In this document: piece after piece, positions 47,839 through 56,387 of the stretch
How the letters are laid out: the number at the start of each line of letters is the position of its first letter
Position numbering within the stretch: the stretch's first letter is position 1
DNA from: Candidatus Lustribacter sp.
GTDB lineage: Bacteria; Vulcanimicrobiota; Vulcanimicrobiia; Vulcanimicrobiales; Vulcanimicrobiaceae
DNA: 64,000 nt
Assembly: GCA_965277805.1 (NCBI GenBank)
Contig: OZ255842.1
Span: 480,001 to 544,000, forward strand
Direction: 5' to 3'
Notes under the pieces: model-generated
Databases searched by the model: none
Seen by the model: only the letters and a program-made list of their open reading frames with translations
Told to the model about the DNA's origin: nothing
Translations under genes and position numbers: made by a program

Positions 47839-48755
47839 AAATTGACGTTCACCACCACGTGGCCCCGGATTTCTGGCTCGCGCTCCCCGGCGGAACGCCG
47901 GACGAGGCGCGCGTGTTTCGCGACTGGACCGTTGCGCGCGCGATCGAGGAGATGGACCGCGACGGCGTCGCCACCGTATACGCATCGTTGCCCCTTTCGG
48001 GGAGCCGCTTCGACGATCGCGCGGCCGCGCGCAAGCTGACGCGCCGCTGCAACGAGTACATGGCGCAGCTGCGCCGCGAGCATCCGGGGCGCTTCGGGAT
48101 GTTCGCGCTGCTGCCGATGCCGGACATCGAAGGAACGCTGGCCGAGATCGCCTACGCCTACGATGAGCTCAACGCCGACGGGATCGGCTTGCTGACGAGT
48201 TACGGCGACGGGTGGCTCGGTGACCCGCGCTTCGATCCGGTGTTCGACGAACTGAATCGCCGCAAGGCCGTGGTCTTCACGCATCCGGTCAGCAACGCGG
48301 CGTGCACGCACCGTCAGGATTGGCTGGGCCCGGCGCCGATCGACTACGCGACCGATACGACGCGCGCGATCGCCGAGTACGTCTTCAAGGGCGCTTCTCA
48401 ACGTTTTCCAAACGTGCGCATGATTTTCTCGCACGCCGGCGGGACGATGCCCTACCTCGTGCAGCGCTTCATCAACGGCGGCAACGGCAAGTTCAAAGAG
48501 ATCACGCCCCACGGCTTTCTCGCCGAGGCGGAAAAGATGTACTACGATACCGCCCAAGTGGCGAGTCGCGGCACGATGCTGGCGTTGCAAACCGTCATCC
48601 CCGATTCAAACATCCTCTTCGGTTCCGACTACCCGTACCGCACCTGCGGCTGGACCGCCGACCTGCTTACGGCCGGCAACGCCTTCGATGCCCAAGGCTT
48701 GCAGGCAGTCTTCCACGACAACGCCGCCCGATTGCTGGGGTCGCCGAAGTCGTAG
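47835..48755 (+). CDS. Amidohydrolase-2 family (ACMSD-like) decarboxylase/hydrolase
   Basis: IDVHHH, VFTHP, SHAGGTMP, LFGSDYP. Confidence 0.87.
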   Translation: MKIDVHHHVAPDFWLALPGGTPDEARVFRDWTVARAIEEMDRDGVATVYASLPLSGSRFDDRAAARKLTRRCNEYMAQLRREHPGRFGMFALLPMPDIEGTLAEIAYAYDELNADGIGLLTSYGDGWLGDPRFDPVFDELNRRKAVVFTHPVSNAACTHRQDWLGPAPIDYATDTTRAIAEYVFKGASQRFPNVRMIFSHAGGTMPYLVQRFINGGNGKFKEITPHGFLAEAEKMYYDTAQVASRGTMLALQTVIPDSNILFGSDYPYRTCGWTADLLTAGNAFDAQGLQAVFHDNAARLLGSPKS

Positions 48756-49886
48756 ATGACGCGACTGGCGCTCGGCACGCAGAATCGGCTCAAGCTGGGC
48801 ATCTTCTCGGCAAATCTGTCCTCCGGAATGAACGCCACGCTCGTTCCGGAGCGGTGGCAGGCAACGTGGGATGAGAACCGGCGTCTCGCGCAACTCGCGG
48901 ACGAACGCGGCTTGGAATTCATCATCCCGCTGGCACGGTGGCGCGGTCTCGGCGGCGCGACGAACTACCAGGACTGGGGCTTCGAAACGTTGACCTGGGC
49001 GTCGGCGCTGCTCGCGTGCACGAAACGGGTCCACGTCTTCGGCACGGTGCACGTGATGCTGTTTCATCCGGTCGTCGCCGCGAAGATGATGATCACGGCC
49101 GACCATGTCGGGCACGGGCGCTTCGGCGTCAACCTCGTCGTCGGCCCGGGCAAAGCGCAGATGCCGATGTTCGGTATCGCCGTACCGGAACACGACGACC
49201 GCTACGTGCTCGCCCAGGAGTGGCTCGATATCGTCCGCGGCTTATGGCGCAATCCCGACGACTTCGACTTCGACGGTACCTACTTTCAACTCAAGGAACT
49301 GCACGCGTCGCCCGGGCCGTACGGTTCGGCCGAACCGCTGTTTCTCAACGCCGGCGCGTCGGGCGTGGGCCAAGACTTCGCGGTGCGGAATTCGGATGCG
49401 TTTTTCACCTCGGTGAAGAACTCTTCGTTCGACGAAGCCACCGGGATCGTGACGCCCGATATTCCGGTTGTCGCCGGCATCGTTCGCAGCGTGCGGGCGC
49501 GCGCGGCGGCGATCGGCCGCGACATCGGCGTGTATACGAACGTTAACGTTATTTGCCGGCCGACGCACAAAGAAGCAATCGACTACTATCGCTACGCGCT
49601 GGAAGAGAACGGCGATTGGCCGGCGATCGACAACGAGATACACGGGCGAACCGGAATCACCGCCGATCCATCGTCGCCGGAATATCTCGACCGGCGCCGG
49701 CGCCAGATCCGGCAATTTCCGGTGATCGGCGATCCCGACCGCGTTGCTCAGTTGCTCGCCACGCTCAACGAGATCGGTTTCGACGGCCTCGGCTTAACGA
49801 TGGTCAACTACCTCGACGAACTCCCCTATATCTGCGACGAAATACTCCCCCGCCTCGAACGCGCCGGTCTCCGCAGGCCGTTATAG
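48756..49886 (+). CDS. Luciferase-like (LLM) flavin-dependent monooxygenase
   Basis: KLGIFSAN, PLARWRG, FETLTWA, HPVVAAK, GRFGVN, NAGASGVG. Confidence 0.88.
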   Translation: MTRLALGTQNRLKLGIFSANLSSGMNATLVPERWQATWDENRRLAQLADERGLEFIIPLARWRGLGGATNYQDWGFETLTWASALLACTKRVHVFGTVHVMLFHPVVAAKMMITADHVGHGRFGVNLVVGPGKAQMPMFGIAVPEHDDRYVLAQEWLDIVRGLWRNPDDFDFDGTYFQLKELHASPGPYGSAEPLFLNAGASGVGQDFAVRNSDAFFTSVKNSSFDEATGIVTPDIPVVAGIVRSVRARAAAIGRDIGVYTNVNVICRPTHKEAIDYYRYALEENGDWPAIDNEIHGRTGITADPSSPEYLDRRRRQIRQFPVIGDPDRVAQLLATLNEIGFDGLGLTMVNYLDELPYICDEILPRLERAGLRRPL

Positions 49887-51065
49887 CGGCGAGCCGCCGA
49901 ATTTGCTGATCGCTACCCAGGTGTCTTTGGGGACGTCCCAGCGGACCATGACGAGGTTTTGCGAGGCGGTAAGGCCGCGCTGATCGCCGCTGCGGAAATC
50001 GTACATGCCGCAGGCGCCGGCATAGCCGTGCAGGTTGCTCATGTAGTCTTTGAGCTGCCCGGCGGTTGCGTTGGGCCCGAGTTTCTTCAAGCCGTTGATG
50101 ATGATCTGGGCGGGATCCCAGCCGTTCGCTTCGGAGATGTCGGCGCGAATGCCGGCGGCCTTGAAGGCGTCGACGAATTGCCGCACGGCATTTTTCACCT
50201 GACCGTTGGGCAACGTATCCAAAACGATGTTGGGCGGCGCGGCCGAGATCAGCTCGCGCGGGAGGATGGCGGCGAACTGCTTCATCTCGGGATAGATGTC
50301 GTTGCCCGCCGATACCGCGACCGGAATGTCGAGTCCGGCATCGCGAATGGAGCGGAAGACCGTGCCGATCGGCGTCCCCGTCCCCCACGCGATCATGACT
50401 TGCGCGCCCGAAGCTTTGATCCGCGCGATCTGTGCCGCGACGCTCAGGTCGGTGACGTTGTAATGCTCGCGTGCGACGAGGCTGAGGTCCTTGTTGTCGG
50501 GCTGCGCCAAGGTCGCGTCGATCGCCGCTTCGCCGACCTGTCCGCTCGAATCGGTCGACGTCAGCATCGCGATGCGCCTGAGGCCGTGCGCGCGAAAATA
50601 ACGCGCGTCGACGCCGATCGAATCGGCGCTCGAGACTTGATACGTAAACATGTACGATCCGCGCTCGGGCTGCATGCCGGCCGAGAAGCAGTATACCAGC
50701 GGTCCGTTGCGGACCAGCGGCGCGAGCGCGCTGCAACCGGCCGAGAGGGTGGGTCCAAAAATGACTTGGACCTTGTTCGCGATGAGGCCGTTGGCTAACG
50801 TGAGCGCCGTTTGCGCGTTGGATCCGTCGTCCTGGATGATGACCTTCACGGGCCGGCCCGCGATGCCGCCGGTTTTGTTGACCGCATCCGCCGCTTGAAG
50901 CATCCCGCTCTGTTCCGCGGTGCCGAGGAACGCGCCGGAACCGGTCAACGATAAGATCGCGTTGAGCTCGATCGGCTCGCCGGCGGCGATGGAGCGCTCC
51001 GGCAGCCACGATGCGGCGAGAAGAACGGCGAGGACGATTGCGAGCAGCAGCTTAGCGGGTTTCAT
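49881..51065 (-). CDS. ABC substrate-binding protein, LivJ/branched-chain (type 1) family
   Basis: SD AAGGAG. LSLTGSGAFLG, NKTGGIAGRPV..DD. Confidence 0.87.
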   Translation of the reverse strand: MKPAKLLLAIVLAVLLAASWLPERSIAAGEPIELNAILSLTGSGAFLGTAEQSGMLQAADAVNKTGGIAGRPVKVIIQDDGSNAQTALTLANGLIANKVQVIFGPTLSAGCSALAPLVRNGPLVYCFSAGMQPERGSYMFTYQVSSADSIGVDARYFRAHGLRRIAMLTSTDSSGQVGEAAIDATLAQPDNKDLSLVAREHYNVTDLSVAAQIARIKASGAQVMIAWGTGTPIGTVFRSIRDAGLDIPVAVSAGNDIYPEMKQFAAILPRELISAAPPNIVLDTLPNGQVKNAVRQFVDAFKAAGIRADISEANGWDPAQIIINGLKKLGPNATAGQLKDYMSNLHGYAGACGMYDFRSGDQRGLTASQNLVMVRWDVPKDTWVAISKFGGSPL

Positions 51066-51074
51066 GCGCACTCC

Positions 51075-51281
51075 TTAGTTCGGTGGGCCCGACATTTGCG
51101 CGAAGTGGAAGAAGTAGTTGAACGACCAGCCGAGGACGGCGCCGCTCACGAGCGCGCCGGCGATCGTAGCCGGCACGACGATGCGTTTGGGATGATCGGC
51201 CATCAGCGAGCCGCCCAGCATGATGATGCACCCGGCTCCGACGATGAAGCCGGTGACGAACAGGACGGGGTCGATCGGCAT
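51075..51281 (-). CDS. 68-aa two-TM hypothetical protein
   Basis: Two hydrophobic helices. Co-oriented and tightly spaced in the operon. Confidence 0.6.
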   Translation of the reverse strand: MPIDPVLFVTGFIVGAGCIIMLGGSLMADHPKRIVVPATIAGALVSGAVLGWSFNYFFHFAQMSGPPN

Positions 51282-51297
51282 AGGGCCTTGATGCGCC

Positions 51298-52047
51298 CTA
51301 CTGCATCACCATTCCGCCGTCGACGACGATCGTTTGGCCCGTGATGTACGTTGCGTCGGGCGAGCAGAGAAAGGCGACGGCGCCGGCGATGTCGTTCGGG
51401 GTTTGGTCGTACTTGAGGGCGCGGCGCGAACGGTAGTCGTTCCAGCGCGCTTCGGGCACGCCGCCGGTGGCCTCGACTTCGATCAGTCCCGGTGCGATTG
51501 CGTTCACCGTCACGCGATCCGGCCCGAGTTCGTTTGCGATCGAGCGCGTCATCGCGATGATCGCGCCCTTCGTGGCGACGTAGTGCAGCAGGCGCGAGGC
51601 TCCCCAGAGCGCCGTATCGGAGGCCATGTTCACGATCGCGCCGCCGCCGGCCGCGACCAGCAGCGGACCAAATTGTTTGCACGCGAGCCACGTGCCCTTG
51701 ACGTTCACGCGAAAGAGCCGCTCCCACTCTGCTTCCGGAATTTCGTCGTACGCTTTTCCGCCGACCGAGTTTGCAATGGCAGCATTGTTCACGAGCGCAT
51801 CGATGCGGCCGCACTCGGCGACGTGTTTCGCTAATGCGGCCAGCGACGCGGCATCGGCGATATCGGTTTGCACGAACGATGCCGACAAACCGCTGCCTTC
51901 GATCGCGGCTGCGGCTCCGGCACCGAGGGCGGGGTCGAGTTCGGCGATCACGACGTGCCGGCCGCCGGCGGCTAGCCGCTCGGCAATCGCGCGCCCGAGG
52001 CCGCGTCCGGCACCGGTGACGACGGCGATGCGGCGTTCATCCATCAC
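51298..52047 (-). CDS. Classical SDR oxidoreductase
   Basis: [35 protein letters not shown]. Confidence 0.92.
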   Translation of the reverse strand: MMDERRIAVVTGAGRGLGRAIAERLAAGGRHVVIAELDPALGAGAAAAIEGSGLSASFVQTDIADAASLAALAKHVAECGRIDALVNNAAIANSVGGKAYDEIPEAEWERLFRVNVKGTWLACKQFGPLLVAAGGGAIVNMASDTALWGASRLLHYVATKGAIIAMTRSIANELGPDRVTVNAIAPGLIEVEATGGVPEARWNDYRSRRALKYDQTPNDIAGAVAFLCSPDATYITGQTIVVDGGMVMQ

Positions 52048-52946
52048 ACCGTTGCCGCTTCGTGCCCGGCATCCGGCACGCCGGCCATGGCCGCGCGGAT
52101 TTCAGCGCTCGGCGGACCGGCGGTACCCCACAGGTCCATCGCTGCGGGCGTGCGTTGCCAAACTTGCGGCTCCCAAGTTGCTTCGTCGGCGATCTCGATG
52201 CCGTCGGCAATGAGTTCGACGACATAGCCCGATGGTTCGACGAAGTAGTTGAACACTTGCGAGCCGGGACCGTGGCGCCCGGTTCCCCACATCAACGGAG
52301 CACCGAACGTGCGCACGCGCCCCTGAGCGCGAAAGAGCTCGTCGATCGAGCCCATCGTCCACGACGTATGATTGTACGCCGCGTGCGGTGCGGCGTTGAA
52401 CGCGATCGAGTGATGCTCGGGATTGCAGCGCAGGAACGACATCTGATGTTCGCTCCAGTCGGAGATCTTGAACCCCAGCACGTCGTGGTAGAATGCCGTC
52501 ACGCGGTCGATGTCCGGGGTGTTGACCACGATGTGCGCGAGCTTCTGCGGCACGGGACCGCGCGCGGCCGACGGCCCCGTGGCGACGCCGGCGGAGACTT
52601 CGATGCAGCGGTTGTCCGGGTCGAGGAATTGAAAGCCATAGCCGCCGCCGGGCGTGGAAAGATGGTGCGGGGAGGCGATCGTCGGGATGCCGTCGCGATC
52701 GAGATCCCGCGCGGCGGCGTCGACGTCGTGTTCGGTGGCGAGACCGAACGCAATGCGATCGATGCGGCGCTCGGGTCCGGGAACCAGCGTCAACTGGAAG
52801 GGTTCGTCGAGCTGCGTCTGCAGATACGCGCGCCCGTGATGATCGGCACCGGTGTCGCGCAGACCCCAGGCTTCGGTGAAGAATGCCTTCGAACGTTCGA
52901 ACTCCGGCGTTGCGATCGCGACGTAACGCAGGTGGGTGATGTTCAT
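52044..52946 (-). CDS. VOC-family (type I extradiol) dioxygenase
   Basis: Two VOC domains. [29 protein letters not shown]...YFVEPSG..VE. Confidence 0.85.
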   Translation of the reverse strand: MNITHLRYVAIATPEFERSKAFFTEAWGLRDTGADHHGRAYLQTQLDEPFQLTLVPGPERRIDRIAFGLATEHDVDAAARDLDRDGIPTIASPHHLSTPGGGYGFQFLDPDNRCIEVSAGVATGPSAARGPVPQKLAHIVVNTPDIDRVTAFYHDVLGFKISDWSEHQMSFLRCNPEHHSIAFNAAPHAAYNHTSWTMGSIDELFRAQGRVRTFGAPLMWGTGRHGPGSQVFNYFVEPSGYVVELIADGIEIADEATWEPQVWQRTPAAMDLWGTAGPPSAEIRAAMAGVPDAGHEAATV

Positions 52947-53752
52947 GTGGACTGATCTCCCGGCGCCGTATCGGAACGCCAGCCGTAGGCTTGAGAAAGT
53001 TCGAGCGCCGTTTCGCGCACGGCCGGGACGACGACATCGTCGACGTTCGCCGTGGTGAGCGATTCCGCTGCCGCTGACACGTTGATGGCGGCGATCGTCT
53101 CGCCCGCGCTGTTGCGAATCGGCGCCGCGACGGACCGGATGCCGAACTCAAATTCTTGATTGGAGGTTGCGTAACCGCGATGCCGGATCTGCGCGATCTC
53201 GGCGAGGAACGCGCGCTTGTCGGCCAGGGTGTGGTCGGTGTAGCTTTCGAGCGGGTTGGCGATCAGCCATTCGGTGATCCAGGCATCGCTCTTGGCGGCG
53301 AGCAGCGTCTTGCCCATCGCAGTCGCGTGCGCGGGCAAGCGCGAACCGACGTGGATCGCGCTCGACAGCAGCGCCCGCGACGCGGCCCGGCCGACGTACA
53401 CCACATCTCTGCCGTCGAGTATTCCGACGTGTGCCGAGCCGTTGGTGCGATCGCGCAGACGTTCCAAATACGGCTGCGCAAGTTCGGGCAGTTGCAGGTT
53501 GGCGAGCGCCGAGAAGCCGATCTCCAGCACCTTCGGCGTGAGCTCGTACCGCTTGGTCACCGCATCGCGGCGCAGATAGCCGAGCGATTCAAGCGTGTGC
53601 AGAAAGCGGAACGGTTCGGTGCGGCGCCAGCCGAGTTGCCGCGCCACGTCGCCGAGCGAGAGCGTCGGGTGTTCGCGATCGAAGCAGCGCAGCACGTCGA
53701 GCCCGCGCATCAAACCGCCGACGAGATAGCGGTCGTCGCCGGCCACCATCAC
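52943..53752 (-). CDS. IclR-family transcriptional regulator (PcaR-like)
   Basis: RGLDVL, HTH, VGSRLPAHATAMGK, SVAAPI. Confidence 0.92.
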   Translation of the reverse strand: MMVAGDDRYLVGGLMRGLDVLRCFDREHPTLSLGDVARQLGWRRTEPFRFLHTLESLGYLRRDAVTKRYELTPKVLEIGFSALANLQLPELAQPYLERLRDRTNGSAHVGILDGRDVVYVGRAASRALLSSAIHVGSRLPAHATAMGKTLLAAKSDAWITEWLIANPLESYTDHTLADKRAFLAEIAQIRHRGYATSNQEFEFGIRSVAAPIRNSAGETIAAINVSAAAESLTTANVDDVVVPAVRETALELSQAYGWRSDTAPGDQST

Positions 53753-55311
53753 GCGCCCACCCATAGGCTTTGCGTGAGACGGCGCAGCATCGCGAGGGCG
53801 CTGAGCGGCGCCAACGCGCTCGTCTTCGGGTTTTCCGGACTCGGCAAGTTGTCGAGCCGCACGGTGAAGGTGCCGAAGTCGCCGTTCGCTTCGATCTCGT
53901 GTGTGTTGGTCGTCGACGCCGGATCGGCGACGACGCTCACGCTCACCGCAACGCCGTCGCCGGCCAGTGCGAGTACGGCGGCAACGTTGACGTTGCTCGG
54001 GAAACCGCGCACTGCATCGGCGACGCTGCCCTCGAAAATCGTGGTGGCCGCGGTCAACGCATCGAGGTCGATGCCGTGCTCGACGACGTGCGGCGCACCG
54101 GCCAGACCGCGCGGCGGTTTGGTCGTGCGCAGACGCAGGCTGCGCAAGCCGCCGAGCGCGCCCGCGCGAATGCCGTCGATGCCCGCAATCGCACCCGACG
54201 GGACGAGGATGCGCCGTCCGTGCGCGCGTGCAACGGCGCGCAACTCGGCCACGAACGCCGCATCGACGAGCGCGCCGGCGCTCAGCACCATGACGTCGGC
54301 ACCGCTCGCGAGCCAGCCGGCGGCGTAACGTCGCACGACGGCCGGACCGGCTGCTTCGATCACGAGTGCGGCGTGCTCGGGCAACCGTTCCAAATCGGCG
54401 AAGGCGAGCGCGGATTGACGACGCGCATACACGTCGACGCGCTCGGCTTCGGCGTCGAGCCGGCCGATCGCGGTGACGCGGGCCATGCCGCCGCTGCCGC
54501 GCGCGATGCCGTCGATCAGCACCGTTGCAATAGCGCCCGCGCCGGCGACGGCGACGCGCACGACGCGCGCGGGAAGTTCCACCGCATCGATGAACGTGCG
54601 GACGGCCGCGGCGAACTCATCAGGACGTTCGATGTTCGGTGCGTGACCGGCGTCCGCGATCGTGGCGAGCCGCGCATCGGGGATACGTTCGGCGATCGTT
54701 TGCGAGAGCGAGAGGCCGACGACGCTGTCGTGTTCGCCACACACGATCAGCGCCGGTACGGCGATCGCGTCGAGCCACGGCAGCGCGTCGGTGGCGGCGA
54801 TGATATCGGTGACGTAACGGTAGCCCGCCGGGCGCGCGCGGCGCATGTTGCGTGCGATTTCTTCCAGCACGTCGGCGGCTGCATTCGGCCCGGCGATCTC
54901 GCCCGCGCGTTCGCCGGCGCGCGCTTGCAGCTCGGCCGCCAGCGCATAACGCCCCTCGACCCAGCGCGCGCGTTCGTCCGGCGCCAGCGTGTTGCGGCCG
55001 AGGGTGGTGTCGGAGAGCACGAGGGAGCGGACGAGGTGCGGATGGCGGCGTGCCAGCGCGAGCGCGGCGAGGGCGCCGAAGGAGACGCCCACCACGTGGG
55101 CCGGTTCGCGATCGAGCAGCGTCGCGAGATCGTCGGCCACCGCGTCGAGCGAGGGCGGCCCGGCCGGGTCGGGCGAGTCGCCATAACCGCGCAGGTCGGG
55201 GGCGATCAGCGCGTAGTCGCCGGCGAGGCGGTCGATTTGGCGCTGCCATGACGTGGCGGAGGAGCCGATCCCGTGGAGGAGCAGAACCGTGGGCCCGGTG
55301 CCGGCCCGCAC
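53749..55311 (-). CDS. Fusion: alpha/beta hydrolase + aspartate-dehydrogenase (NadX)-like domain
   Basis: N-half LLHGIG, DLRGYG, GVSFG, AGHAPNIE. C-half GAGAIA, EAAG, SGAIAGIDG, TKPP, FPSNVNVAA, NTHEI, NPKTS. One uninterrupted frame. Confidence 0.85.
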   Translation of the reverse strand: MRAGTGPTVLLLHGIGSSATSWQRQIDRLAGDYALIAPDLRGYGDSPDPAGPPSLDAVADDLATLLDREPAHVVGVSFGALAALALARRHPHLVRSLVLSDTTLGRNTLAPDERARWVEGRYALAAELQARAGERAGEIAGPNAAADVLEEIARNMRRARPAGYRYVTDIIAATDALPWLDAIAVPALIVCGEHDSVVGLSLSQTIAERIPDARLATIADAGHAPNIERPDEFAAAVRTFIDAVELPARVVRVAVAGAGAIATVLIDGIARGSGGMARVTAIGRLDAEAERVDVYARRQSALAFADLERLPEHAALVIEAAGPAVVRRYAAGWLASGADVMVLSAGALVDAAFVAELRAVARAHGRRILVPSGAIAGIDGIRAGALGGLRSLRLRTTKPPRGLAGAPHVVEHGIDLDALTAATTIFEGSVADAVRGFPSNVNVAAVLALAGDGVAVSVSVVADPASTTNTHEIEANGDFGTFTVRLDNLPSPENPKTSALAPLSALAMLRRLTQSLWVGA

Positions 55312-55342
55312 CGCGTTGAGCGCTTCCAGCGTTGGCGTGACG

Positions 55343-55391
55343 TGTCTCCTATACGAAACAGGTTTTCAAATACGAACTACTCTGTTATACT
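55343..55391. promoter_or_regulatory. Divergent promoter region with putative operator(s) and extended -10
   Basis: Imperfect palindrome TGTCTCCTATACGAAACA (14/18 self-complementary). Second ATACGAA-containing box at 55362-55377. TG-T-TATACT at 55383-55391. Confidence 0.5.
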
Positions 55392-55425
55392 CTGGGCGAG
55401 TTCGCTACGTCAAGGGAGATCCGCC

Positions 55426-56349
55426 GTGCCCAACGCCGACCACGCCCGCATCGGACGCTACCTCGAAAAGTCTTGGGATTGGGACGCCTTTCCGGCCAAT
55501 TCCGGCTACCCGGAACTAGAGCGCGCGCAGATGCGCTACATCGGGGCCGGCGGCTCGCCGAAGACCGACGACCGCAGCACGCTGCCGCCCGGCGCGTTCA
55601 CGTGCAGCCTGATCTTCCAAGAGCCGGGCCGCAAAGCGTCGACGCACCATCACAAGATCGAAGAGCTGTTCTTCGTGCACCGCGGCAACCTCACGATGTC
55701 GTGGCAGTTCGGTGATGAGGTCGTCGATTTCGTTGTCGGTCCCGGCGATGCGGTGCTCAACCCGACGAGCCGGCCGCACGGTTTTCGCAATGACGGCACC
55801 GAGGACTGCATCATGCAGATCATGGTCGCCACCGCCGCGCCGATGAACCCGACGTACACCGATCATCCGGCCGAACACGCGGTGAGTCCGCTGCGTCCGG
55901 CCGCGCCGGAGAAACGCGCCGAGTATCTACAAGAAGTGGAACGTTATCTCTCGCGCGCATCGGCGGTGACGCCGCAGATCGCCACGGTGGAAGGCGGCAC
56001 GTTCACGGCATCGCCGTACGTGATGTCGGCGGCGGCGGGCGGTCTCGTTACGCCGACGCACTTCACCTACGCCGTCGACACGCTCACGCGCGGCGCGGCG
56101 ACCCCGGCGTACTCGCTGGCGGTCGAAGAAGCGTTCATGATGCTCGACGGCGTGCTCGACGTGGAGACGTTCGACGCGGCCGGTAACGCGACGGTCGCGC
56201 GCATCGGTCCGCGCGATCTCGCGCTGATCCCGGCGGGGACGAAACATCGGTTGGTCAACCGCGACGCCGCGACCGCGCGTTTCGGTGCGATCGCGGGTTC
56301 GAAAGACGCCGTGCCGATCGCATGGCGCGAGGCGGTCGCGGCGCGCTGA
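55426..56349 (+). CDS. Bicupin protein
   Basis: SD AAGGGAG. Domain 1 THHHKIEE...PHGFRN retains metal ligands. Domain 2 (VEEAF...KHRLVN) lacks the first His pair. Confidence 0.8.
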   Translation: MPNADHARIGRYLEKSWDWDAFPANSGYPELERAQMRYIGAGGSPKTDDRSTLPPGAFTCSLIFQEPGRKASTHHHKIEELFFVHRGNLTMSWQFGDEVVDFVVGPGDAVLNPTSRPHGFRNDGTEDCIMQIMVATAAPMNPTYTDHPAEHAVSPLRPAAPEKRAEYLQEVERYLSRASAVTPQIATVEGGTFTASPYVMSAAAGGLVTPTHFTYAVDTLTRGAATPAYSLAVEEAFMMLDGVLDVETFDAAGNATVARIGPRDLALIPAGTKHRLVNRDAATARFGAIAGSKDAVPIAWREAVAAR

Positions 56350-56387
56350 GACAGGTTCCCGGCGCCGCCGCGCGCTAAGAGGCCGCG

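Noticed and set aside
53749-54560. nadX as an NAD biosynthesis gene
   Set aside because: No nadA/nadC nearby. It is fused to a hydrolase inside a catabolic operon, so the symbol is withheld.
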